A stretch of DNA of 64,000 nt, taken from contig OZ210885.1 in assembly GCA_964658305.1 (NCBI GenBank), positions 13,702,001 to 13,766,000 of the forward strand, in the 5' to 3' direction. The notes beneath the pieces are model-generated. The model saw nothing but the letters and a program-made list of their open reading frames with translations, ran no database searches and was not told the DNA's origin. Below are positions 26,124 through 35,875 of this stretch, in pieces. Source of the stretch: Leptogorgia sarmentosa (lineage: Eukaryota). Each line of letters opens with the position of its first letter. The first letter of the stretch is position 1. The translations under genes were made by a program, and so were the position numbers.

Positions 26124-27290
26124 TATTCAGGGATCTACAAATAAAATATACGTGAATTAAGTATACGCAATTTAAAAAGACTTTCATGCAATCAATGAAT
26201 TTCATAACATTTTTATGCCCTTCATATTTTAATATGCAGTTAACATCAAAATACGTGGCACTAAGGGCCCATTTACACTACATAGTGGAAGTTCCATTAG
26301 CTAATATGCATAAGTGAATGAAAGCGTACGAATAGCCTCATTAACTGAGCGATAAACTCCCCTCCAGTCACATAAGCTCTGTTGTTGATTGGTGGAGACG
26401 ACAAAATATGAATTTTCGTCAGACGTATGTGAATGACATGCTGTTCGAAAACAAACTTACTTGTGCAATGATATGCGTAAAACAGGCTTGCTGATTGCAT
26501 GGTTGAGAACAGCATATTAGAATTTTCGTCCATTGATTATAAGTAATATATCATTCTATTGTCTATCGTAGAGACTGTACTGTATATGCCGTACACACAT
26601 GAGTATATAATTAATGTCAGATCGTCATCTGAAGAGTAGCTTTATAATAATTCATACATACAGATCTACAGTACAAGTCAAGGATCAGAATTAGCCTGCG
26701 GTACACGAGAGCTATCAGCTGAGCAACAAGTTACTAGTGTCTGTTAGCTCAGCCGACAGTCGAAATATAGAATTGTCAAACAATATACAGGACGGGAAAA
26801 AGTTGCATGGTACAATCATAGAAACTATTGAGCATACGATGCAGATCGAACATTCAAAATATTTTTCGCGGTATAGCAACGACTGTTTTCTAGCTTGTCC
26901 ATTCCTTCGCTTTCTTCGTTCATTGTGAAAAAAACATCATATTAACTGTGCACAGCAAATTCCTGTCGACTAAGTAATTAACTGCACTCGTGACAAAAAC
27001 AACTGAAGGAACAAACTGCATGATATACGTATGTATGTTACGTACATAGGACAGCGTCGAAAAAGTTTTTCAGGGCAGGAACGTCGCCAGGGAGGGGACT
27101 GGGAGGGGGACGAGTCCCCCCAGTTATTTTATTTTTGTTCTAAATCTGTTCTAAATCTGAAGTTAAAGAGGGCGGGGGTTCGATTATTCAGAATACTATT
27201 TCATATCAGTATATAGAAACATTGCATATAATCGATCTGGTAAGACAGAGAGTTAGCTTTGTTATATACTCGAATGTGTGACCAGTTATT

Positions 27291-28665
27291 ATTAAAACAA
27301 TTATTGAATGAGGTCGAGTAGGATATGAGGAATTATTAAGGCCGAGGTTTCGGTGTTATTTGTCGAAGGCTGAGGCAAATAACACAAACAGAGGCCTTAA
27401 TAATTCAGCATATCCTACGAGAACCGCATTCAATAATTGTTTTATTATTTATTTGTATCTTTATCAGACTTCGGATAAACGCATTGTACACAAGAACCTT
27501 CTTTGAGAAAGCCATTTGTATTTTTCAGCTTTTGGCATACAGTAAGCAGCATAAATTAGTCGACGTCATAATGTCATATAATTTTCAATATACGACATAA
27601 TTACGTCATAATGTCGTATATTAAACAATTATTGAATGAGGCCGAGTAGGATTTGAGGAATTATTCAGGCCGAGGTTTGTGTTATCTGCCGAAGCCGAAG
27701 GCTGAGGCAGATAACACAAACCGAGGCCTGAATAATTCCCATATCCTACGAGGAGCGAATTATTTATTTGTATATAGCGCTTGCAAAAACACGCAATTGC
27801 AAGATACTGGAAATAGAACAATAATATAGTGTTCGCAAGACTAAATAAGCCAATCAGACTACAAGAGAAAATGTTCTTATCGCTGTTGTACATTTCAAGG
27901 TCGCAGTCAGAGCAATTCAGCATAGCTAAACAAAAATTAAATCAAACAAATTTATTTCAACTCAATATAAACGTTTGGAAGAACCTTTCCTTTGAGGAAG
28001 CCATTTGTATTTCCCACAATTTTCCCGCTTTTGGCATATGCAGAATAAATTAGTCGACGTCATAATGTCGTATAATTTTCAATATACGACATAATTACGT
28101 CATAATGTCGTAAATGAGGATTTATTGCACTGCTCTTAACCAATCAAAACTCTTGAATTATTTGAAATAAATAATAATTAACAATTAGATTACGACCTCG
28201 AGATTTCTATGAGGTGATAGTTGATGAGGGCGAAGCCCGAATCAACTATCATCTCGTAGAAATCGAGAGCGAGTAATCTAATTGTTTTAGTAGAATCAGA
28301 GATCAAACATGAAAATATTGCAAAAAATAATTTAAAAACGCGTGTCAGAAGACATTTTCTTGAACGAAAATTCACATATTTTGCTACTCGCTATCTATCG
28401 AGGAATAGATAGCGAGTAGAGTAGCCAATCAAATTGCAGCATTTGCAATAGTATACGAGTATGATTCTACTAATCCTCGATAGATAGCGAGTAGCAAAAG
28501 ATGTGAATTTTCGTTCAAGAAAACGTCTTCTGAGACGCGTTTTTAAATTATTTTTTGCAATATTTTCATGTTTGATCTCTGATTCTTCTAAAACAATTAG
28601 ATTACTCGCTCTCGATTTCTACGAGATGAATTCTCATAGAAATCTCGAGCTCGTAATCTAATTGT
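27291..28665. repeat. Cluster of hairpin-forming interspersed repeats (duplicated units; family unassigned)
   Basis: 27291-27440 resembles 27621-27750; 27490-27620 resembles 27980-28112; 28178-28400 is inverted at 28480-28665 and recurs at 60058-60272. Confidence 0.7.
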
Positions 28666-28668
28666 TAA

Positions 28669-29378
28669 CCCTTTGGGTACCAACAGGGGTCAAAATGACC
28701 CGGTTGTTTTCTACCCTGCTTCAACCCTACATATCCCCAAATATCTCTACACTACACATCTCTGCACATGCGCAATTGAGTTGTTATTCTTGCAAGCTAT
28801 TTTCGAAGGTTATTTCGGCATTTTGACGGAGAAAACTGCGATTTTTTAGCATTTTATGTTCTTGTGTTTGAAAATTTGATACATTTTGGGCTTTAAATGG
28901 CGAGCGAGAGTATATACTTGATTTTGGATGATGTTTTGGACAATATAGTGCACGATTCTGAAGCTGAAAGCGATTTGGCCATTTGGGTGTTGAAGGTTGT
29001 GGATGAACTGAATGTTGGATGTGTGGTTTGTGGTTACCAGAAGTCTCAAGGAAGCAAAATATAAGGACACAAAAACATACACATGTTGTTCAAAATGTGA
29101 GAAGCATATTTGTAAGAATTGCTTGAAATATATCACACTTGCCTTTTACTAAGAAAATAGAAGAACCTGAATAGTGAAAGATGTATGGAAATATTGCAAA
29201 ATTTGACCAACAACCCATTTTATCTCATCTAGTTGTAATATTCAGAAGTGGGACAGTAAAAAGCATGTTTGTTTACGTCATTACTTCTTGCTTCCAACCA
29301 AAATATTTTGACTTCAGTTTGATAAATATATGGATAATTTGATACCATTTTGTTCCAAATTCCATTTGCCTTTGATAA
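28669..29378 (+). mobile_element. piggyBac-derived internally deleted element, left part (interrupted by the BEL insertion)
   Basis: TTAA|CCCTTTGGG terminus, subterminal GGGGTCAAAATGACCC, and a Cys-rich C-terminal relic (CVVC...TKTYTCCSKCEKHICKNC) at about 29015-29135. Confidence 0.6.
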
Positions 29379-29546
29379 TGTTGTGAAATGCGGGGTTCGA
29401 TCGTTAAACAGGAGGAATGGACTACAAATATGAACCTTTTAATCATAGAACCATCATAAACATAAAACACACATGCTAAAGTCAAAGCGCGGGCAAACGC
29501 GCCCGCTATTCTAGTTCAAACTGTACTTTATGTAATATCCATGACA
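29379..29546 (-). repeat. 3' LTR, 168 bp, TG...CA
   Basis: TGTTGTGAAATG...CATGACA on the + strand; preceded on the minus strand by CCCCCCTGGAGGA. Confidence 0.9.
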
Positions 29547-32500
29547 TCCTCCAGGGGGGCGTCAATTATGTTTGTCCATTTCGCTATTTTTCCTAAGGCG
29601 TTCTTTGCGGCTGTTCTGCTACTTCTTCGTTGCTGAACTTCTTTGTCCTTTTCTTCTGTTTCGGTCTTTGGGGCGATATCCGCCCGGATTTCAAGAGGGT
29701 ATAGCCGGGCAATGGGTCTGTTGGTTTGACCGTTTGCTGTACGCACGCTTGCTGCTCGAACATGGCCGTCGTTCCCCTTGACCAGATCTGTTATCACCGC
29801 GAGCTTCCATTTAATCCTTGGAGTATCATCGTGGATCAGCACTACTTCTCCAACTCGGATAGTTTGATCGTTTTTACCGGACGTTCTGTGGTATTCTCGA
29901 AGAGATGTTAGGTATTCAGCCTTCCATCGTAACCAAAAATGCTTGAGGATAAGTGCCAGGGTTTGGGCTCTTTTCGTTACTTCTGAGATGTTTCCAAAGT
30001 TGGGGTCGTTGATTTCATCGTCCTCGACATGTAGATGGGGAAGAGAGGTAATACGCCGTCCGTACAGCAGATGTGAAGGTGTGAGAGGTTCTTCGTCTTC
30101 GATATCGCTGGTTACATAGGTAAGCGGTCGATCGTTCAACACGGCTTCTATTTCAACAACAATTGTTTGAAGACTTGAAAGATTGACATGTGTACGTCCT
30201 AGTACTTTCTTAAGAGCAGTTTTCGTTAGACCAATAAGTCTCTCCCAAAACCCTCCATACCATGGAGCTCGCTTTGGGATAAAGTGCCACTCTACTCCTC
30301 GACGACTCAGTGATTCTCTCAGCGATGTGGACTGAAAGAGATGCTTCAGTTCCTCCGCGGCCGCCAGATAGGTGGAAGCGTTGTCAGAAACCATCTTTTG
30401 TGGGAGGGATTTTCTGCTGGCGAATCGGCGGAACGCCCTTAAGAACGTTTCTTCGGAGAGATCTTCAACAATTTCCAGATGTACGGCTCTGGTAGCCGCA
30501 CATGTAAATAGGCAAATGTAAACCTTTTCCTCATTAGTCGGTGTTTTTACGAACAGGGCACCTGTGAAGTCGACGCCCGTTACTGAAAACGGTGTTGCAT
30601 CTTGAACACGCCATTTGGGTAGGGGTGCGGGATCCGGAATCGTATAGGGCTTCCCACCATGTTTCAAACAGGTGACACACTTGCGTAAAAGCTTCTTGAT
30701 TGCTTGTCTGGCTCTTGGTATCCAGAATTTGTCACGGAGAGCTGTTAGAGTTGAATTGACGCCAGAGTGGAGTTGAGCGATGTGGAGGGAGTGGATGATC
30801 AAGTTGGTGAAAGGGTGGTTTACAGGGAGTAGAATGGGGAATTTGGATGAGTGGTTGATGGGAGCGTTGTGGATTCGTCCTCCACAGCGAATAATACAGT
30901 GTTTATCGAGGAATAACCGTAGTTGTTTCACTAAAGGTACACGAGAACTGTTCTTTGTGCTTAGATTACGAAGTTCGTCAGGGTAGGATGTTTGTTGGCA
31001 GCGCTGTATCCAAAGGTTCTCGGCTGTAGTGTACTCGAAAATGGTTAATGTCCCAATTCGTTTAGGTGATCGCTTGGCCAGGTTGTGAATGAATCGTAGA
31101 ACGTATGCAGTCACGTGAATCAGCCTTTTCAAACGGCTGTATCTCGAAATGTCAATAACGTTGTGTATACCAGTGTCATTAGGAGTTGAAGTGATTTCCA
31201 TTTGGGTGGGCAAATCGACGCGTAGGTGCTGTTCAGCTTCAATGAGTAATGCGGTTGTGGGTGTCCAGGCAGGCCACTGGTCAGCCGATAATGTGAGCCA
31301 TGTTGGTCCGTTGTTCCACAGTACCGATAAGTGCATCTGTGAAGTTGTGAGACCACGCGTCAAGAAATCGGCAGGATTCTCGTGGGTGGGGCAGTAGCGC
31401 CAGTAGTCGGAAGGGAATAGGTCTGTGATGGACTGTACACGATTTGAAACAAACTGTTTGAGCTGCTTGTGACTGTTTAGCCAATGCAAGACGATTTGGC
31501 TATCGAACCATAGGTGAACTTGTAGTGATTCATAACGACCTTTGATTGCGTTGTGAACAAATGCGGCGAGACGTGTGCCGATTACTGCGCCCATTAGTTC
31601 TAATTGCGGCAGCGTCAGTGTTTTGATAGGAGCAACTCGTGTTTTTGCCATTACAAGGGAGATTTGGGAATTCTGTAGGAGGTAGGCCACTGCGCCGTAG
31701 GCCCGCTTACTCGCATCAACGAAAACATGAAGTTGGGGTGGAGTCTGGACGGCAGTGGAACTCGAGTGGTAGCGGCGTGGTAGAACGGTTTGTTGTGCTG
31801 CTTGTAGGTCCTCGGCTATTTTAAGCCATTCTCGTTGGAGTTGTTCGTTGAGGGGTTCGTCCCAATCGAGTGATTGTTGCCACAACTGTTGCAGAAAAAT
31901 TTTGGCTCGTATGGTTACGGGTGCTAAAATACCGAGGGGGTCAAAGATGCTCGAGGAGTGCTGTAGAACTTCGCGTTTCGTGACTAAAGGACAATCAGTT
32001 GGCAAGGATTTCTTGGTTGCAAATCGAATGGTGTCAGTACATGTGTTCCATCTAAGGCCGAGGATATTGATGTCGTTTTGGGGGGTTGTATCAGCTGTCC
32101 CATCTTTGATGATTTGCCGTTGGAGCGAATGGCTGTTAGATGCCCAAGAACGTAGGTTAAACTTGGCTTCATTCATAATAGACCGTGCTTCGTTGTAATA
32201 TTCGATAGCCTTCAATTCAGTATCAGAACCAGACAAAATATTGTCCACGTACATATTGTCTTTCATATCACGTGCAACAGGAGTAGAAAACTGGTCCAGG
32301 TGCTTCTGAAGGGTGGCGTTTAGCATGAATGGTGAACTAGTGGTACCAAAGGGCACTGCCTTGAAACGGTAAGTGTCGAAGGGGCTATCTGGATCGTTCG
32401 GGTCGGACAACCACATGAACCGAGTAAAATCTCTGTCGCCTTCATGGAGATGTAAATGATGAAAGGCCTTTTCGATGTCCGTTGCGATGCCATAGTTGTA

Positions 32501-33628
32501 GGTGCGGAAACGAAGCAAAATAGTCGACAGGTCATTTAGCAAGGGTGGACCAGCTTCGAGACAATCGTTGAGACTTGCGTGGTTTGGTGATTGACGACAA
32601 CTGCAGTCATAGACTATTCTAATTGGGGTGGTTGGCGACATTTTCCTAACTGCGTGATGGGGAATGTAATGCGCATTGCTGGTTGGTGTAGTGTCAGAAA
32701 TCTTCTCAATGAATCCCCTTTCGAGTTGATCATTAATGATTGTCCCATAGGCCTGCAGCAGGTCGGGGCTTCGGCTCAATCGTTGCATGGTGGATCTCGT
32801 ACGTTTTTGACAAACGGAAAAGTTCGAAGGCAATAATGGATGGTCATCTTTCCACGGAAATTTAGCAGTGTAGCTACCGTCATTCTCACGGAATATAGCA
32901 GACTGTTGGTACTCACGCGAAAGACCACTTTCATCGTTGTTGGTGTTTGGTGGGGTGATGCCTAAGGACTCCAAGGCCCAAAACTTCTCGAGTTGTTTGT
33001 CTTCTTCGCCGTGGGAAATCATAACGTTTAGGATGTTGGTCGTGGTTCTATCAGTTGATGCGGTTCTGATGGGTCCAGACAAGAGGTATCCCAACTTCGA
33101 TTGCATGGCAGTGGGGCCATTTCCTCGGATGATATGGTTTTCAACCAGATCCCAGTAATAGTCTACGCCAATTAGAAGTGAGATCTCAAAGTTCTCGTTG
33201 CTGGTTACTGGGTGGGCAAGCTTGAGCTGTCTAAGGTATGGGATATCTTTGATGTTGGCTCGAATCTTATTCTGAATAGGGATAGCTATCTTAGGTACAA
33301 TGAGGACTTCGACAGGGATAATGCCAGATGATTCAGTTTCAATGTTGATGGTGGTGACGGCGAGGCTTCTTTTCGTTGATGTGCTTGCTCCAAATGCTGA
33401 TAGGTTGACGGTTTCTTTTCTGGTGGGACAGAGGCCAAGCTTCGTGGCTAGCGATTGGGTTACAAAGGAGCGTTGAGCTCCTTCGTCGAAGAGTAGGTTG
33501 GCTTCTGCGCGGGCTGTTGCTGAACAAACGGTCGCTATGGCTGTTTTTAGTAGAGATGTTTGCGTATCATATCGTGTGGGCTTGGATGTTGACTGCGTTG
33601 GTGTCAACGTCGTGAGAATTTGATCCCC
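29528..33628 (-). CDS. pol: BEL/Pao pol: aspartic protease, RT, RNase H, integrase
   Basis: LFDEGAQRSF, DIEKAF, YVDN, FVDASKRAYG, LPQLEL, HHCC zinc finger, DFTG/SDNA/ERLI. Confidence 0.95.
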   Translation of the reverse strand, partial: GDQILTTLTPTQSTSKPTRYDTQTSLLKTAIATVCSATARAEANLLFDEGAQRSFVTQSLATKLGLCPTRKETVNLSAFGASTSTKRSLAVTTINIETESSGIIPVEVLIVPKIAIPIQNKIRANIKDIPYLRQLKLAHPVTSNENFEISLLIGVDYYWDLVENHIIRGNGPTAMQSKLGYLLSGPIRTASTDRTTTNILNVMISHGEEDKQLEKFWALESLGITPPNTNNDESGLSREYQQSAIFRENDGSYTAKFPWKDDHPLLPSNFSVCQKRTRSTMQRLSRSPDLLQAYGTIINDQLERGFIEKISDTTPTSNAHYIPHHAVRKMSPTTPIRIVYDCSCRQSPNHASLNDCLEAGPPLLNDLSTILLRFRTYNYGIATDIEKAFHHLHLHEGDRDFTRFMWLSDPNDPDSPFDTYRFKAVPFGTTSSPFMLNATLQKHLDQFSTPVARDMKDNMYVDNILSGSDTELKAIEYYNEARSIMNEAKFNLRSWASNSHSLQRQIIKDGTADTTPQNDINILGLRWNTCTDTIRFATKKSLPTDCPLVTKREVLQHSSSIFDPLGILAPVTIRAKIFLQQLWQQSLDWDEPLNEQLQREWLKIAEDLQAAQQTVLPRRYHSSSTAVQTPPQLHVFVDASKRAYGAVAYLLQNSQISLVMAKTRVAPIKTLTLPQLELMGAVIGTRLAAFVHNAIKGRYESLQVHLWFDSQIVLHWLNSHKQLKQFVSNRVQSITDLFPSDYWRYCPTHENPADFLTRGLTTSQMHLSVLWNNGPTWLTLSADQWPAWTPTTALLIEAEQHLRVDLPTQMEITSTPNDTGIHNVIDISRYSRLKRLIHVTAYVLRFIHNLAKRSPKRIGTLTIFEYTTAENLWIQRCQQTSYPDELRNLSTKNSSRVPLVKQLRLFLDKHCIIRCGGRIHNAPINHSSKFPILLPVNHPFTNLIIHSLHIAQLHSGVNSTLTALRDKFWIPRARQAIKKLLRKCVTCLKHGGKPYTIPDPAPLPKWRVQDATPFSVTGVDFTGALFVKTPTNEEKVYICLFTCAATRAVHLEIVEDLSEETFLRAFRRFASRKSLPQKMVSDNASTYLAAAEELKHLFQSTSLRESLSRRGVEWHFIPKRAPWYGGFWERLIGLTKTALKKVLGRTHVNLSSLQTIVVEIEAVLNDRPLTYVTSDIEDEEPLTPSHLLYGRRITSLPHLHVEDDEINDPNFGNISEVTKRAQTLALILKHFWLRWKAEYLTSLREYHRTSGKNDQTIRVGEVVLIHDDTPRIKWKLAVITDLVKGNDGHVRAASVRTANGQTNRPIARLYPLEIRADIAPKTETEEKDKEVQQRRSSRTAAKNALGKIAKWTNIIDAPLEDVMDIT

Positions 33629-35056
33629 TCATTGGTCATTTTTACCTTGACAAAGACTCGTATGGTGCTTCCGATTACAGTTCTTACATCGGTTTTTGGA
33701 ACGACAATGTGAGGCTTTGTGATGTCCCAAACAGTTAAAGCATAGGTCGGCTTTCTTAACAGTTTCGTATCGTTGCTTAGGGTCACTGATAACCTTGCAT
33801 GTAGTAGGGGCATGACTTTGTTGACAGTATACACATTTTGGGTTGGGTCGTTTAGGAGGTGGTGGTGGTGACCTATCACTTTCTGCACGAGTGTGAAATG
33901 ATGATGTTATTGATGATGTCAGTTGTTGGTTCCCCTTTGTGTTAGAGTTGACAGATTGTCCAGCTTCCAAAATTCTTAATTCCTTTTGTAGAGCATTTCT
34001 AAGTTGATCAATTGTCCAGTCTAAAGTCCCATGCTCTCTTGCTAAGTTCCTTTTGTACTCTGTCGGTATTTTCCCAAGTATGATTGGTATTAGCAGATCA
34101 TCATATGACTCTTGGCTTTTCCCCAGACATGCAAGCCCACGAATGTGCGTTTTTAAGGTGTCATAAAAACTACGAAAACTATCGATATTCTCGTTCGGTG
34201 GGGGAATTTCCAAGAGTGCCTGCATATGCGCGTTAACGATTTTATGGGGCTGCCCAAATCTATCTTTTAGGAGGTTAATTGCTTGATCATAGGTACTGTT
34301 CGTGAGGGGAAATCCTGCTATTGTTTGTAATGCTTCTCCCCTAAGTTGTGCCTTTAAATAATTAAATCGTTGTATGCCAGTTAACGAATGATTGCTGTGG
34401 ACAGCTGCATCGAATGAATCCCAGAAGGACTGCCATTCCAGGGAGTTACCCGAAAATACAGGCAAACTTAGCTTTGGTAGACGACAAACATTTTGTGATG
34501 ATGTACTAGTAGCTGTGTAGGAATTTGGGGGTAATTGGTTCATTTGGTTGTTTACTTGCTCACTGGTGGAATTCGGCTGTATAGGTGCGTTGTCACTTGC
34601 TTCATTTAATGTATCATTTGGATTTGCTGTCGGTATGGCTTCATCGATTTGCGGTGATTGATGTGTTACGGTTGACGTTTCAGTTGGTGTGATTGATGTG
34701 GATGGTTGACTTTCGTGCACAAACTGGTTTGAATTTCTCGAGAATGAACATAGTTCGATGTACTTACGTATGTGATTTAGTCTTTCATCCAACTCGTAGT
34801 TTAGTTCTTCCGACTCATATATTTCCGTTTCAAGCTCCTTTGGATCCGTTGTTTGTTCTGCGATTCTTTCGTCCAGGTCTCGAATCGTTTGTTGTTTCTT
34901 CGACAGCTGTTCCAACGCGGTTTTGAGTGAAGTCAACGTTATTTCGTCTATGCTTGAATGATCTAACTTGAGAATTTCGCTCGCTCTATTTAACACCCTC
35001 GTTAAGTGAGATTTATGTCCTCTTCGTGAAGCTTGTAGTCGCGTTGTTTCCTCCAT
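33629..35056 (-). CDS. gag: BEL/Pao gag (DUF1759-like region plus zinc knuckles)
   Basis: LPKLSLPVFSG...WQSFWDSF; CVYC..H, CFNCLG.H, CKNC..KHHTSLC. Confidence 0.92.
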   Translation of the reverse strand: MEETTRLQASRRGHKSHLTRVLNRASEILKLDHSSIDEITLTSLKTALEQLSKKQQTIRDLDERIAEQTTDPKELETEIYESEELNYELDERLNHIRKYIELCSFSRNSNQFVHESQPSTSITPTETSTVTHQSPQIDEAIPTANPNDTLNEASDNAPIQPNSTSEQVNNQMNQLPPNSYTATSTSSQNVCRLPKLSLPVFSGNSLEWQSFWDSFDAAVHSNHSLTGIQRFNYLKAQLRGEALQTIAGFPLTNSTYDQAINLLKDRFGQPHKIVNAHMQALLEIPPPNENIDSFRSFYDTLKTHIRGLACLGKSQESYDDLLIPIILGKIPTEYKRNLAREHGTLDWTIDQLRNALQKELRILEAGQSVNSNTKGNQQLTSSITSSFHTRAESDRSPPPPPKRPNPKCVYCQQSHAPTTCKVISDPKQRYETVKKADLCFNCLGHHKASHCRSKNRCKNCNRKHHTSLCQGKNDQ

Positions 35057-35072
35057 CCTGGTCACGGCACCA
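35055..35072 (-). promoter_or_regulatory. Primer-binding site complementary to the tRNA-His 3' end
   Basis: TGGTGCCGTGACCAGGAT two bases inside the 5' LTR; its complement ...GTCACGGCACCA is the conserved tRNA-His terminus. Confidence 0.8.
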
Positions 35073-35074
35073 AA

Positions 35075-35157
35075 TGTTGTGAAATGCGGGGTTCGATCGT
35101 TAAACAGGAGGAATGGACTACAAATATGAACCTTTTAATCATAGAACCATCATAAAC
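35075..35157 (-). repeat. 5' LTR fragment
   Basis: Identical to 29379-29461, then switches abruptly to the hAT TIR CAGTGGCGTAACG. Confidence 0.9.
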
Positions 35158-35854
35158 CAGTGGCGTAACGGAGGAACACGGGGCCCTTAGGCATATTTGG
35201 TGCCGGGGGCCTATTTATCATACATGGTTAGTGATGAAACGCGCCGTACGTGTGTCAGACCGCGACCTTCTTAGAGGGGATCGGTCGAGGAGCATGCTCT
35301 CCGAAAATTTTTGAAACCAGAACATGTTGTATATAATATATAATCTGTATAATCAAAACACCATGTACTAATTATTTTTACATCATTTTTACCAAAACTG
35401 GAGAATGTCAAAAAGTTAACAAATTAACAAAACGTTTAATTACGTAAACTGTAAACTTAAACACCTATTCGTTTCTTCCTTCTCGCATTTTCATTGGCGA
35501 ATCGGTGGATCAGCTCGTTCTTGTCAACAGCTTTCGCTTCTTTATTTTCGATGGAAAGTATCGCTAAACCTGAAAGCCTTTCTTGCGATATTTTAGACCT
35601 GAGATACGTCTTTATCAGCTTCAGTTTAGAGAATGAGCGTTCTGCTGTAGCAACAGTAACAGGAATCGTTGCAAATAGGATGAGGAGTTTATACACTTGC
35701 GAGAAAGAGGAACTGACACGGCTTTCAAGCATTAAACGAATCACATCCGTAACAGATTTTCGCTCTGCGATTTCCTTTCTGAATTCGTTGACAAAAGATC
35801 GAAATTCAGACACAAGTTCATCGGTAAAATCAGCTGGATATTCTTCTACAATTG
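35158..35854 (-). mobile_element. hAT transposon right end with C-terminal dimerisation domain (inverted relative to the rest of the element)
   Basis: TIR CAGTGGCGTAACG at 35158; minus-strand AIVEEYP...TIPVTVATAERSFSKLKLIKTYLRS, stop at 35457. Confidence 0.88.
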
Positions 35855-35875
35855 CAGAGGAGGTTGGACAGCAGA

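Larger units (their letters stand above)
29379..35157 (-). mobile_element. BEL/Pao LTR retrotransposon (5' LTR truncated by a hAT insertion)
   Basis: LTRs at 29379-29546 and 35075-35157 are identical over the shared 83 bp. PBS and PPT-like tract present; domain order gag, PR, RT, RNaseH, IN. Confidence 0.95.
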
